64,000 nt of DNA, from the NCBI GenBank assembly GCA_010356995.1, contig ML996704.1:310001-374000 (forward strand), read 5' to 3'. The first letter of the stretch is position 1, and each line of letters opens with the position of its first letter. The position numbers were made by a program, and so were the translations under genes. This document shows positions 63,292 to 64,000 of the stretch, one piece after another. The DNA is from Trichodelitschia bisporula (Eukaryota). The notes beneath the pieces are model-generated. The model worked only from the letters and a program-made list of their open reading frames with translations, ran no database searches and was not told the DNA's origin.

Positions 63292-64000
63292 GGTGTTGCC
63301 GCCCAGCCGTGAAGACCGTAGAGCAGCTCTGGAGGAAGCGCGGGTGCGGTCCGGATGTCGTGAACTATGGGTCGCATCTGGCTGAGAGGCAGTCTGTGAC
63401 TGCGCGAGGAAGCGCGAGGCATCTAGAGTACGAAGAAAAAATGAGCAACCGAATCAGTCACGCGAACGCAGAAGAGCAGGCGTGAGACAAGACAAACAGG
63501 TGGTGCAGGCAACTGATAAGGCTATGGACGACGGGAGCAACTCACACTCTGAAAACATGGCGCATCTGCCACGAGTAAATGACTTGTGCCTGGTTGCCTT
63601 TTGTGGGGATGTATTGTGTTTCGCTGGATGGGCGAGACGGAGCAGTAGAACGACAGTCGGGCAAAGAGGGGCGTTGGAGGAGTTGTCCGCGGTGGTCGAC
63701 GAGGTTGGGCAGCTCCGGGGGCGGCGGGCGGTGTGTCACGGGCAACGCAAGAGCAAGGCTCCAGGGTTGGGTGCCTTGGGGGACCTGTGACAGTCGTCAG
63801 GACTAGTGAGATAGAGTGCTGCTGCGTGTGGGTGGGTGTCTGCCTGGGATGTATTTATGATGTCGACGATGACGGAGATGACAATGAAGGTAGATAACAA
63901 CTGCAGGCGATGTCGGCTTCAGAGGGTGAGAGGTTTGAGAAAGGGAGAGAAGAGGAAGAGAGGTGTTTGTAGGAAGCGAGAAAGAGTCAACGATGCACAG

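Overview
Eukaryotic genomic DNA from a filamentous ascomycete (Pezizomycotina; short spliceosomal introns with CTRAY branch sites, so the ORF track splits most genes). I can support about 24 protein-coding genes: ORC5 (3' part), a secreted muconate-cyclase-like beta-propeller, LYS4, MTQ1, an Aim32/Apd1-like Fe-S protein, CYC2, a PUF protein, an S9-like hydrolase, a SLY41/TPT transporter, RNase H2A, a Na+/H+ antiporter, a coiled-coil orphan, RVB2, a LicD protein, a UBL-WLM protease, a MARVEL protein, YHM2, an AA9 LPMO, NRD1/Seb1, citrate synthase, RCF2, an S41 peptidase, a CinY-like/vWA protein and a choline-transporter-like gene. I found no rRNA, tRNA, CRISPR array or intact transposon. Most notable: (1) the Aim32-like protein has HxGGC in place of the HxGGH [2Fe-2S] ligand motif; (2) an intronless secreted CinY/HET-C-like protein (predicted Zn-phospholipase C fold) fused to a degenerate vWA domain, lying in tandem with an S41 peptidase; (3) the yhmA-nrdA-citA cluster with an LPMO inside it and RCF2 beside it; (4) a secreted lactonase homolog lacking two catalytic residues; (5) a C-rich to G-rich skew flip inside several genes. 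All family calls are from motif recognition, not database searches, and exon boundaries were read by eye.
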